NCBI GenBank assembly: GCA_963665715.2
Contig: CAXXPR010000001.1
Coordinates: 868,550 to 932,549, forward strand
Direction of reading: 5' to 3'
Source: Desulfatiglandales bacterium
GTDB lineage: Bacteria; Desulfobacterota; DSM-4660; Desulfatiglandales; HGW-15
DNA length: 64,000 nucleotides
Both the position numbers and the translations under genes were made by a program. Each line of letters begins with the position of its first letter. The stretch's first letter is position 1. Below, one piece after another: positions 10,000 through 18,937 of the stretch. Below the pieces are notes generated by a model. That model was not told the DNA's origin. It saw only the letters and a program-made list of their open reading frames with translations, and did not search any database.

Positions 10000-11814
10000 G
10001 TGCTTGATCCCTTAAATGATAAACAGCGAGAAGCTGTTCTTCATAATGGGAATCACCTGATTATAAATGCCGGTCCGGGAACAGGAAAAACTCTTACCCT
10101 CACCCATAAAATAGCGCAGGATATAACGGTTAACGGCATTAATCCTGAAAACCTTCTTGCTCTTACCTTTACCAACAAGGCTGCCGGTGAAATGGCGGAA
10201 CGGGTAAAAAAGCTGCTGCCCGGGAATGCCGGAGCAGGGATAGTTATATCTACATTTCACGGGTTCTGCCTTAAGGTGTTAAGAGAAGAGGGCAGTAATA
10301 CAGGTATTTCATCTGACTTTTCAGTCTGTTCCGAAGCAGATGCTTCATCAATAGCAGAAGATGCTGCAAAAGAGCTGGAAGCTGACAGAACACTATTTTC
10401 AAAATTTAAAAAAGCCCTTCCTGATATCAAACTCATATATGGTGCCGGAAAAGAGCCGAGTGAAGAATACGCGGATGTTATCCCTCTTTATAAAAAATAC
10501 AGTGATAAACTCAAAACACTGAATATGCTGGACTTTGATGACCTTGAAGCTGAGACACTGAGACTTTTTACAGAGCATCCGGATACCTGCCTTAAATATT
10601 CTAATAAATATAAAAGGATTTTTGTGGATGAGTATCAGGATACAAACCATGTTCAATCCGTTATTTTAAAGCTGCTTGTAAAAGAGGGAATAAACTCCAT
10701 TTGTGCTATCGGTGATCCGGATCAGGCGATATACGGTTTCAGGGGTGCTGATGTGGAAAATTTTATGAGATTTTCAGAAGATTTTCCCGGAGCAGATAAA
10801 ATAAGCCTGTCCGTGAATTACAGATCCACAGACAATATACTTGAAACCGCAGCCGCTCTTTTAAATAAGAATACCCTTGAAGGGACAGCTGGGCAGGGTG
10901 ATGCTGTTCGGATACGGGAATGCAGAAGCCCGGGTGAAGAAGCTGAAATGATTGTTGAACAGATAGAAAAGATGCTTGGCGGAACAAGTTATTTTTCTCT
11001 GGACAGCGGCAGGGTGGCATCATACGAAGACGGTGATGACAATACGGGGTTTGGAGATATCGCTGTCCTTTTCAGGGTAAATTCACAGGGAGATGCGCTT
11101 GAAGAGGCTCTTTCACGTGCGGGAATTCCATTTATCAGGTCCGGAGAAAAACCTTTAACGGAAATCTATCCTGTGAATGTTATTATGAGGTATCTTCAGT
11201 CAAAATTTTCTCCTGATAATATTTTTTATGCTGATAAGTATAGACGCCTGCTTGAAAAATATGGCCTTAATGCTGATATTACATCGCCTGACTCTTCGGA
11301 GCAGGAGAATATGTCCGATCTGATAGACTATATTGTTAAGTTACACAATTTTGATTTGACTGAAGATGAATCAAAAAGAGCTGTCAGCAGGCTCAAAGAG
11401 GCTGCCGGCGAAGGAAGTTCAGGCGCTGCGTCACTGGCGGATCTTCTGGCCCTTGAAAGAGGTATAGACAATACAGCACTAAAGGGTGACAGGGTGGCGC
11501 TTATGTCTATTCATGCCGCCAAGGGACTTGAATGGCCGGCAGTATTTATTACCGGGTGCGAGGACAGAATAATCCCGTTAAAAATTTACGGTGACAGTGA
11601 TGATGCAGAGGAAAAAAGGCTGTTTTATGTAGGGATAACAAGAGCCCGGAACAGGCTTGTTTTATCCCATGTGAAAAACAGGAAAGTAAACAATCGCTCA
11701 CTTGATATGAATGTGTCTCCTTTTATCTGTCTTATTCCGGAAAAGAATATCAGGCAGCTTGAGCGGTCCGGGTGGAAGGCAAAAAAGAAGGAGAAACAGT
11801 TAAGCCTGTTTTAA
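10000..11814 (+). CDS. UvrD/Rep/PcrA-family superfamily-1 DNA helicase (short form)
   Basis: 604 aa with a GTG start. SF1 motifs are present in order: AGPGTGKT, TFTNKAAGEM, FVDEYQDTN, GDPDQAIYGFRGA, YRS, VLFR, SIHAAKGLEWPAVFI, RLFYVGITRA. Confidence 0.9.
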   Translation: MLDPLNDKQREAVLHNGNHLIINAGPGTGKTLTLTHKIAQDITVNGINPENLLALTFTNKAAGEMAERVKKLLPGNAGAGIVISTFHGFCLKVLREEGSNTGISSDFSVCSEADASSIAEDAAKELEADRTLFSKFKKALPDIKLIYGAGKEPSEEYADVIPLYKKYSDKLKTLNMLDFDDLEAETLRLFTEHPDTCLKYSNKYKRIFVDEYQDTNHVQSVILKLLVKEGINSICAIGDPDQAIYGFRGADVENFMRFSEDFPGADKISLSVNYRSTDNILETAAALLNKNTLEGTAGQGDAVRIRECRSPGEEAEMIVEQIEKMLGGTSYFSLDSGRVASYEDGDDNTGFGDIAVLFRVNSQGDALEEALSRAGIPFIRSGEKPLTEIYPVNVIMRYLQSKFSPDNIFYADKYRRLLEKYGLNADITSPDSSEQENMSDLIDYIVKLHNFDLTEDESKRAVSRLKEAAGEGSSGAASLADLLALERGIDNTALKGDRVALMSIHAAKGLEWPAVFITGCEDRIIPLKIYGDSDDAEEKRLFYVGITRARNRLVLSHVKNRKVNNRSLDMNVSPFICLIPEKNIRQLERSGWKAKKKEKQLSLF

Positions 11815-11820
11815 TAAAAG

Positions 11821-11912
11821 CAGGGTTCGAGGAGTCGAGGACTCAAGGGGCAAGTGAAAAGATAAAAAACAATACCCCTCGAATCCTCGACCCCTTGAAT
11901 CCTTGAACCCTT
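11821..11912. repeat. Long imperfect palindrome made of short TCGAGG/CCTCGA-type motifs (REP-like element or terminator)
   Basis: The left arm GGGTTCGAGGAGTCGAGGACTCAAGGGG (11823-11850) pairs with the right arm CCCCTCGAATCCTCGACCCCTTGAATCCTTGAACCC (11875-11910). They flank an A-rich loop. The element sits between the helicase stop and the radical SAM gene start. Confidence 0.6.
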
Positions 11913-11924
11913 TATTTAAAGAAT

Positions 11925-12884
11925 ATGAATCATTTAAATCTATTTAATAAATGTGAGTTATGCCCCAGGAGATGCCGGGTAGACCGCACAATCCCCGGTG
12001 CAGAAAAAAAAGCCTTCTGCGGGCAGAGCAGTGAACTGCGTATTGCCCATATGGGGCCTCATTTTGGTGAGGAACCCCCAATTTCGGGAACGCGTGGTTC
12101 AGGGACTGTATTTTTCAGCGGGTGTTCATTAAGGTGTACCTTCTGTCAGAATCATCAGATATCAATGGAAGGGGTCGGAAAATTATATTCTTCGGATGAC
12201 TTCTTCAGTGAAGTGTCCGGTATGATAGATACTTCGGGTGTTCATAATATTAATTTTGTAACCCCTGACCACTTTTTCCCTTATACCTTCAGGCTTGTAG
12301 AAAAACTGGGAAAAAGCGGATACTCAATACCGATTTTATATAATACCTCAGGGTATCAGTCGGTCGAAATACTTAAAGCAGCGGAACAGTATGCTGATAT
12401 TTATCTTCCTGACTATAAATATTCCGACCCGGAAATTGCCGGAACTTTTTCAAAGTGCAGTGACTATCCCGGAAAGGCCCTTGATGCGATCTCTGAGATG
12501 GTAAGGCAGAAGGGATTTCTTGATTCATTTATAAAGGATACCGATATCGCAGCAAAGGGTGTTCTGGTAAGGCATCTGATTTTGCCAGGAAAGGTTGAAA
12601 ATTCCATAAACGCACTTAATTCCCTGTTTCTTGAGTTTGGAGCCAGGCTTCCTGTCAGCCTGATGTCTCAGTATCATCCGGTTTTAAAACATGATGACAG
12701 TGATATGAACAGGCATCTTAATATAGAGGAATTTGAAGCTGTGTATGAACATGCCCTTGAGCTCGGATTTGAAAATATGTTTGCGCAGTTTCCCGAATCT
12801 TTTGAGAGTGAAAACGATGAAGAGCCGGAGTTTCTGCCTGACTTTAGTGAAGAATCACCCTTTAAGGGCAACAGGGGGAAGTAG
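11925..12884 (+). CDS. Radical SAM protein, PflX-like (pyruvate formate-lyase activase homologue)
   Basis: 319 aa. The CSLRCTFCQN motif (CxxxCxxC) lies in the expected N-terminal third. Overall layout resembles COG1313/PflX proteins. Confidence 0.8.
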   Translation: MNHLNLFNKCELCPRRCRVDRTIPGAEKKAFCGQSSELRIAHMGPHFGEEPPISGTRGSGTVFFSGCSLRCTFCQNHQISMEGVGKLYSSDDFFSEVSGMIDTSGVHNINFVTPDHFFPYTFRLVEKLGKSGYSIPILYNTSGYQSVEILKAAEQYADIYLPDYKYSDPEIAGTFSKCSDYPGKALDAISEMVRQKGFLDSFIKDTDIAAKGVLVRHLILPGKVENSINALNSLFLEFGARLPVSLMSQYHPVLKHDDSDMNRHLNIEEFEAVYEHALELGFENMFAQFPESFESENDEEPEFLPDFSEESPFKGNRGK

Positions 12885-12885
12885 G

Positions 12886-13149
12886 CTATTCATAATGGGT
12901 CCACATCCGTAATATGTGAACAACCTTTTTTTCTGCATCAACCGAATGGACCAGGCGGTGTTTAATATTGATTCTGCGGGAGTAGAAACCTTTAAGGTTT
13001 CCAACAGGCTTTTCATATACTGGAGGTGTTTTAAAAGGGTCGTCCTTTAGCAGGGTTAGTATTTTTTGCGCCTGCTTTTTTAGACCGGCCTGTTTTATTT
13101 TATTAGCATCTTTAACTGCATTTTTTGAAAGAATTACCGACCAGGTCAC
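12886..13149 (-). CDS. yoeB: Txe/YoeB-family type II toxin
   Basis: 87 aa. The segment LKGFYSRRINIKHRLVHSVDAEKKVVHILRMWTHYE matches the YoeB pattern (G.WSRRI...HRLVY......RYHY). It overlaps the upstream antitoxin by 4 nt. Confidence 0.85.
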   Translation of the reverse strand: MTWSVILSKNAVKDANKIKQAGLKKQAQKILTLLKDDPFKTPPVYEKPVGNLKGFYSRRINIKHRLVHSVDAEKKVVHILRMWTHYE

Positions 13150-13397
13150 CAGTCCAATTCCTCAAGCGGGGTACCATCTTCTATTGGTTCCCTGGCAGCT
13201 TTATTTATGCTTTCTACAAGACCGGGAAATTGATTAAGGTAGAGTGTTTCCTCTATGGCTTTCCAGTCACTTTCACCAATAACAATAAAATCTTCACCGT
13301 TTCTTCTTTTGATCTTGAGTACCTCATGATTGGCAATGATAGTATCAATCTGAGATTTTAATGTTTTACGAAAGGTATTTGCTGTTGTTTCCGGCAT
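13146..13397 (-). CDS. yefM: Phd/YefM-family type II antitoxin
   Basis: 83 aa. The segment IVIGESDWKAIEETLYLNQFPGLVESINKAARE matches the YefM core (L....Y..L.ET.YLL..P). It has an ATGA overlap with yoeB. Confidence 0.85.
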   Translation of the reverse strand: MPETTANTFRKTLKSQIDTIIANHEVLKIKRRNGEDFIVIGESDWKAIEETLYLNQFPGLVESINKAAREPIEDGTPLEELDW

Positions 13398-13681
13398 TTA
13401 TTAATCTCCATATAATAATTAATTTAATGGTACCGAAAAGCAGTACGCAGGTCATTTTTATTATTTGATATTTCACTGTTAATAAAACTGGATTTCCCGG
13501 TAAAGCCGTGGAATGACAGCCTACCCCCATTGGCATTCTCCGTCTGATCCGCTGTCGTCCAGGGATATGGCGGGACAGGCCGGGTAGTCCAGTAAAAAAA
13601 AGCCTCAAATAAAGATCATGCTGTACTATTCCGTGATATTTTTAAAATTAACGGTGTATCTCCAGCAAGTATAAATTCATT

Positions 13682-14080
13682 CTATTGAGGCGCAGAGCAC
13701 TTATCATGAGCTATTCTGCTCACTTCCTGTATTGCTTCCCTCAGATCCGCAATTTCTTCTTCGGTCGGATCAGTGCGGCTGTATTTATCAATAGAACATA
13801 TGCTCTGAAGGCTTTCATGTTTTAAAATTCTTCCCTTCAATGACTGCTCCAGAGGCGATACCAGTTCCAGTGCTGTAACAAGATCAATAAAAGTATGATT
13901 GTCAGGAAGGGTCCCGTGATAGTCCAGTATTGCCATTGCATAACCTTCAAATGACATTGATAAAAGGTTGTATTGAATATCAGTTCCAAAGCGGCTTTTT
14001 TCGCCCTTTGGCGTTGCGGCTTTAAGATATTGATCCCCGTTTTTAAGCCATGTCTGCCAGTTTAGTTTATTTTCTGCCAT
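13682..14080 (-). CDS. Hypothetical protein (helical, no family recognised)
   Basis: Clean 132-aa ORF with no competing frame. I recognise no diagnostic motif. A loose R..H stretch (RILKH) is not a proper HEPN Rx4-6H motif. Confidence 0.45.
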   Translation of the reverse strand: MAENKLNWQTWLKNGDQYLKAATPKGEKSRFGTDIQYNLLSMSFEGYAMAILDYHGTLPDNHTFIDLVTALELVSPLEQSLKGRILKHESLQSICSIDKYSRTDPTEEEIADLREAIQEVSRIAHDKCSAPQ

Positions 14081-14328
14081 TGTTTACTCCGAGCTGTATG
14101 GTTTTGTATTTTATCAATTTAACAAATTTTGTGTTCATCCAGAATATCTTAATTTCGTACAAGATAAGGTTTTTATACAGGAAATTCAAACCTGTAATTG
14201 AATTATTTATAGCTGTTTTCTAATCCAAAATTAACTTGCTTTTAAATTTCAGTATGTTATGTTCTCCAATTCGCTGGCAGTCGCTCTCAGGCTGTCAATA
14301 GATTAACCTTGAAAGGGAAAATAAGCAG

Positions 14329-14712
14329 ATGATTAAACTTGATTTTTCAAAGGGAAACGGATTGCTGCCGGCTATTGCCCAGGATTATGCAACAGGTAAA
14401 GTGCTTATGCTTGCGTATATAAACCAGGAGTCCTGGGAAAAGAGCCTTGAAACAGGCGAAGTCCATTATTACAGCAGATCAAGAAGCGAACTCTGGCATA
14501 AGGGCGGTACTTCCGGTAACGTTCAGATAATTAAAGAGATATACGCTGACTGTGATAATGATACTGTCGTGTTCAAGGTCGATCAGGTCGGCGGCGCAGC
14601 ATGTCATACCGGTCGTGATACCTGCTTTTATCAGAAAGTGGATTTCAATGGCGAAGTCACAATCGTAGGCGAACAGATGTTTGATCCTGAAGAAGTCTAC
14701 GGGAAAAAATAA
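14329..14712 (+). CDS. hisI: Phosphoribosyl-AMP cyclohydrolase (monofunctional)
   Basis: 127 aa with [33 protein letters not shown] and [10 protein letters not shown] signatures. No fused HisE part is present. Confidence 0.9.
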   Translation: MIKLDFSKGNGLLPAIAQDYATGKVLMLAYINQESWEKSLETGEVHYYSRSRSELWHKGGTSGNVQIIKEIYADCDNDTVVFKVDQVGGAACHTGRDTCFYQKVDFNGEVTIVGEQMFDPEEVYGKK

Positions 14713-14846
14713 TTCCATCCTGTGGATGGAGCGTTCAGCTTTCAGCACTCAGCTGTCCGCTAAAACTACACAATAAAGTTTTTTGCTAAAAGCTTATGGA
14801 TTGGGTTTAAAAAAGCATAAACTTTTGAATTTTCGTGAGGAAAAAA

Positions 14847-15719
14847 ATGAAAAAATTAAAACTGGGTATCCCTAAAGGGAGCCTTCAGAATTCTACAATA
14901 AGCCTGTTTGAAAAATCAGGCTGGAAAATAAATGTAAACGGCAGGAGCTACTTTCCTGATATTAATGATGATTCTATAGAAGTAACAATCTGCCGCGCAC
15001 AGGAAATGTCCAGATACGTAGAAAGCGGAACAATCGACGCCGGCCTTACCGGCCTTGACTGGACAAAGGAAAATGAGTCGGATGTAGTTGTTGTTGATGA
15101 TCTTATCTACAGCAAAGTAAGCCAGAATCCCGCCAGATGGGTTCTTGCAGTTCCCAATAACTCCGATATCAAGGAACTTAAAGATCTTGAAGGTAAAAAG
15201 ATCTCTACCGAGCTGGTCAATTTTACTAAAAAATATTTCGAAGAAAGAAATATCAATGTTCAGGTTGAGTTTTCCTGGGGCGCTACAGAGGGTAAGGTAG
15301 TATCCGGCCTGGCAGATGCTATTGTTGAAGTAACAGAAACAGGAAGCACCATCAAGGCCCACGGCTTAAAGATCATCTATGAGCTCATGCAGTCCAATAC
15401 TCAGCTTATAGCCAATAAAGAATCCTACAAGGATGAATGGAAGAAAGAAAAAATCGCTCAGATCATTCTTCTTCTCAAGGGTGCTCTCAGGGCTGAAAAC
15501 ATGGTGGGTATCAAGATGAACGTTTCTGAGGAAAATGTGGATAAGGTTATTGACCTTCTTCCCAGCCTTAACGCTCCCACTGTTGCACACCTTTATAAAT
15601 CCACATGGACATCTGTTGAAACTGTTGTGGATGAAAAGGTTGTTAGAGAGCTTATCCCAGAACTTATAAAAGCCGGTGCAGAGGGTATAATCGAATATCC
15701 CCTGAACAAGGTAATATAG
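14847..15719 (+). CDS. hisG: ATP phosphoribosyltransferase, long form
   Basis: The N-terminus [14 protein letters not shown] matches HisG. The length is consistent with the long form carrying the C-terminal regulatory domain. The ATG at 14847 follows GAGG by 6 nt and is preferred over the GTG at 14835. Confidence 0.9.
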   Translation: MKKLKLGIPKGSLQNSTISLFEKSGWKINVNGRSYFPDINDDSIEVTICRAQEMSRYVESGTIDAGLTGLDWTKENESDVVVVDDLIYSKVSQNPARWVLAVPNNSDIKELKDLEGKKISTELVNFTKKYFEERNINVQVEFSWGATEGKVVSGLADAIVEVTETGSTIKAHGLKIIYELMQSNTQLIANKESYKDEWKKEKIAQIILLLKGALRAENMVGIKMNVSEENVDKVIDLLPSLNAPTVAHLYKSTWTSVETVVDEKVVRELIPELIKAGAEGIIEYPLNKVI

Positions 15720-15738
15720 TAATTTAAGCAGGCTTTCC

Positions 15739-16884
15739 ATGGATCCGGTATCAAGTCGTTCAAAGGATATATCATCGTTTATAGTAATGGATGTTCTTGA
15801 ACGTGCCCAGACCCTCGAAAAAGAGGGCAGGGACATAATTCACCTGGAGGTTGGAGAGCCTGATTTTCCTACTCCCCCGCCCATATCCGAAGCGGCAATA
15901 GAAGCAATTAAGGATGAACAGACTCACTACACACACAGTCTCGGTCTGCTTAAACTGCGGGAGACTGTCAGTGACCATTATCGTAAAACATACGGTGTGG
16001 ATGTTGATCCAGGAAGGATAGTTGTTACATCCGGTACTTCTCCGGCCCTGTTCATGATCTATTCAACCCTGCTTGAGCCGGGTGATGAGATTATACTTTC
16101 AAACCCGCACTATCCCTGTTACCCGAATTTTGCGCTTTTCCTTAAGGCTGTTCCAACTTTTGTGGATGTATATGAAGAGGACGGTTTTCACTACAGGCCT
16201 TTAGAGATAAAGAAGAAAATTACAGAAAAAACAAAGGCTATACTGATAAACAGCCCGTCAAATCCCACAGGCACGCTGCTTGATCCCGAAATAATGAAGG
16301 AGATAGCAGAGCTTGGTCCGTATATTATTTCTGACGAAATTTACCACGGTCTTGTGTACGGCGAAAAGGAACACACCATACTGGAGTATACGGACAGGGC
16401 CTTTGTTGTTAACGGTTTTTCAAAGCTTCATGCCATGACCGGCTGGCGCCTGGGTTATATGATAGCTCCTGAAGAATTTATCAGGCCTGTTCAGAAGATA
16501 CAGCAGAATTTTTATATATCCGCAAGCAGTATTGCCCAGTGGGCAGGTATAGCCGCACTTACAAAGGCGGATGAATATATAGAAAACATGAGATCCGTCT
16601 ATAATGAAAGACGGGTATACATGATAGACAGGCTCAAAAAAATGGGATTTGATATTCCGGTTGAGCCTAAGGGCGCCTTTTATGTGTTTGTAAATGCAAA
16701 ACACATATCCGAAGATTCCTACAAACTGTCATTTGAAATACTTGAAAATGCAGGTGTCGGAGTTACCCCTGGCATAGATTTTGGTAAAAATGCGGAAGGA
16801 TATCTCCGGTTTTCATATGCCAACTCAATAGAAAATATTAAAGAAGGTCTTAACAGGATCGAAAAATATCTGAAGGAAAGATAA
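15739..16884 (+). CDS. Class I/II pyridoxal-phosphate-dependent aminotransferase (aspartate aminotransferase-like)
   Basis: 381 aa with LEVGEPDFPTP, NSPSNPTG and the lysine motif FSKLHAMTGWRLGY, typical of AspC-family enzymes. Confidence 0.85.
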   Translation: MDPVSSRSKDISSFIVMDVLERAQTLEKEGRDIIHLEVGEPDFPTPPPISEAAIEAIKDEQTHYTHSLGLLKLRETVSDHYRKTYGVDVDPGRIVVTSGTSPALFMIYSTLLEPGDEIILSNPHYPCYPNFALFLKAVPTFVDVYEEDGFHYRPLEIKKKITEKTKAILINSPSNPTGTLLDPEIMKEIAELGPYIISDEIYHGLVYGEKEHTILEYTDRAFVVNGFSKLHAMTGWRLGYMIAPEEFIRPVQKIQQNFYISASSIAQWAGIAALTKADEYIENMRSVYNERRVYMIDRLKKMGFDIPVEPKGAFYVFVNAKHISEDSYKLSFEILENAGVGVTPGIDFGKNAEGYLRFSYANSIENIKEGLNRIEKYLKER

Positions 16885-17468
16885 TGGACGTATCATTTGT
16901 TAAAAGCGCCTTTGATGTAAAACATTACCCGCCGCCTGATATGCCTGAAGTAGCATTTGCAGGAAAATCCAATGTGGGTAAATCTTCCCTTATTAATGTA
17001 CTGGTAAACCGCAAAAAACTTGCACGTACCAGCTCCACACCCGGAAGAACCCAGGCTCTCAATTTTTTTAATATTGGAGAAAAACTCTGCCTTGTAGACC
17101 TGCCCGGATACGGTTTTGCAAGGGTTCCCCTTCCGGTAAAGGCTTCCTGGGGCAAAATGATCGAGTCCTACCTCAAGTTTCGCGATAACCTGAAAGCTGT
17201 TATTGTCATTATGGATATCAGAAGAAAGATATCCGATGAGGATAAAAATCTGATCAACTGGCTTTACGAATACGATAAAAAGCTCATTCCTGTTTTTACC
17301 AAGGTGGATAAACTGAACCGCAAGGAAAGACAGGCAAGAACAAAAGAGCTGAAAAATGATTTGAGCCTGATATCAGACGAAAAGCCCATCCTGTTTTCTG
17401 CCCAGACGAGAGAAGGTAAAGATGAGGTCTGGAAGAGGATTGATTCTTTTATTATTGATCCAGGCTAG
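16884..17468 (+). CDS. engB: Ribosome biogenesis GTPase EngB/YihA/YsxC
   Basis: 194 aa with G1 GKSNVGKSSLIN, DLPGYGF and TKVDK motifs. A TAATG overlap couples it to the preceding gene. Confidence 0.9.
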   Translation: MDVSFVKSAFDVKHYPPPDMPEVAFAGKSNVGKSSLINVLVNRKKLARTSSTPGRTQALNFFNIGEKLCLVDLPGYGFARVPLPVKASWGKMIESYLKFRDNLKAVIVIMDIRRKISDEDKNLINWLYEYDKKLIPVFTKVDKLNRKERQARTKELKNDLSLISDEKPILFSAQTREGKDEVWKRIDSFIIDPG

Positions 17469-17506
17469 AACTACTGCCTGATAATGTTTGGCAGTATACT
17501 TTGCAG

Positions 17507-17527
17507 AGACAGGGTTTTAACCTGTCT
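17507..17527. terminator. Hairpin between convergent engB and the response regulator gene (possibly a bidirectional terminator)
   Basis: AGACAGG-gttttaa-CCTGTCT is followed by TAATTTTCTC on the plus strand. On the minus strand it lies immediately after the regulator stop. Confidence 0.45.
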
Positions 17528-18894
17528 TAATTTTCTCTGAAGTCTTCCAGCCCGAATGCCTTGATTTTTTTATGAAGGTTGCTTCTTTCCACTCCGATTG
17601 CTTCTGCTGTCTGGGAGATATTTCCCTTAAATTTTTTAAGTTTTGCCGATATAAAGGATTTTTCAAATATAATCCTTGCATCTTTGTAGGAGTCCACCTC
17701 AATAAATGATGCACATTCATCTTTTTTGACCGGGGTCCGGTTATAGGGTGCAGGTATGTCTTCAATCTTTATAATATCGTCGCTGGACATGATGATTAGA
17801 TTTTCCACCAGGTTTTTCAGCTCACGCACGTTTCCCGGCCAGTTATATTTTTTTAAAAGCTCAACTGCATCTTCGGAAAACCTCTTTTTCTGCCCTGTGG
17901 ATATAAAAGTCTGGTTCATAAAGGTTGATATCAGCTCGGGAATGTCTTCGGTTCTTTCCCTTAAAGGAGGGACATGTATCGGTACTACATTGAGCCTGTA
18001 AAAAAGGTCCTCCCTGAATCTTCCTTCTTCAATCTCATGCATCAGGTCTTTATTGGTGGCGGAAATTATCCTGACATTAACCTTTATTGTTCTTGCTCCG
18101 CCAACCCTTTCAAATTTCTGTTCCTGGAGTATTCTAAGGGTTTTTGACTGGGCTTTGAGGCTCATATCTCCTATTTCATCCAGAAAGAGTGTTCCTTCAT
18201 GGGCTGTATCAAATTTACCTTTCTTTTTTGACCCTGCACCTGTAAAGGCTCCTTTTTCGTGACCGAAAAGCTCGCTTTCTATAAGTTCTTCAGGAATAGC
18301 CGCACAGTTTACCTCTATCATGGGTTTGTGGCTTCTTGTGCTGAGCCTGTGTATGGTATGGGCTACCAGCTCCTTTCCCGTGCCGTTTTCACCTGTTATC
18401 AGGATGCTGGCATTTGTTGGTGCAACTTTTTCCATGTTTTCTTTTAATTTTAATACGGGAGCGCTGCTTCCGGTAATAAAGTAGCGGTTTTTATCTCTTT
18501 CGCGCAGTATGCCGATTTCTTCCTCAAGCTGATAAAAATTGAGAGCATTATTTATGGAAAGCAGGAGCTCTTCCATGGAAAGGGGTTTTTCTATAAAATT
18601 GTAAGCCCCCAGTTTGGTGGCCTTTACCGCTGTTTCGACATCCGCATGACCGGACATCATAATGACCTGAATGTAGGGATATGTTTCTTTAAATTTGACA
18701 AGGGCGTCGATGCCGTTCATGTCAGGCATCCAGATATCAAGGATGACAAGGTCCGGCATCATTTCATCTATTTTTTCAAGGGCGGTCACTGCACTCAGCT
18801 CGCAGTGCACCTCAAATCCTTCATCAGTGAGTATGCCCTCGACAGTCTGAAGAATACTTTTTTCATCATCGATTACTAATATTGTTCTGGCCAT
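17527..18894 (-). CDS. Sigma-54-dependent response regulator (NtrC family: REC + AAA+ + Fis-type HTH)
   Basis: 455 aa. It has a receiver with DLVILDIWMPDMNG, Walker A GENGTGKE, the sigma-54 contact loop GAFTGA (HEKGAFTGAG), and a C-terminal HTH (ISQTAEAIGVERSNLHKKIK). Confidence 0.9.
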   Translation of the reverse strand: MARTILVIDDEKSILQTVEGILTDEGFEVHCELSAVTALEKIDEMMPDLVILDIWMPDMNGIDALVKFKETYPYIQVIMMSGHADVETAVKATKLGAYNFIEKPLSMEELLLSINNALNFYQLEEEIGILRERDKNRYFITGSSAPVLKLKENMEKVAPTNASILITGENGTGKELVAHTIHRLSTRSHKPMIEVNCAAIPEELIESELFGHEKGAFTGAGSKKKGKFDTAHEGTLFLDEIGDMSLKAQSKTLRILQEQKFERVGGARTIKVNVRIISATNKDLMHEIEEGRFREDLFYRLNVVPIHVPPLRERTEDIPELISTFMNQTFISTGQKKRFSEDAVELLKKYNWPGNVRELKNLVENLIIMSSDDIIKIEDIPAPYNRTPVKKDECASFIEVDSYKDARIIFEKSFISAKLKKFKGNISQTAEAIGVERSNLHKKIKAFGLEDFREN

Positions 18895-18937
18895 TTTTTA
18901 CTGCCTTTTAAAAACCCTTTTTGAACTCTCCAGATTA

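Noticed and set aside
13366-13608. 80-aa minus-strand ORF (MRLFFTGLPGLSRHIPGRQRIRRR...)
   Set aside because: It overlaps the yefM start, has an Arg/Pro-rich composition driven by the local GC island, and has no RBS. The island is reported as a possible structured element instead.
15739-16884. Calling the aminotransferase after hisI-hisG histidinol-phosphate aminotransferase (hisC)
   Set aside because: The motifs (NSPSNPTG, SKLHAMTGWRLGY) and length fit the AspC-like class I family rather than HisC as I know it. Position alone is insufficient.
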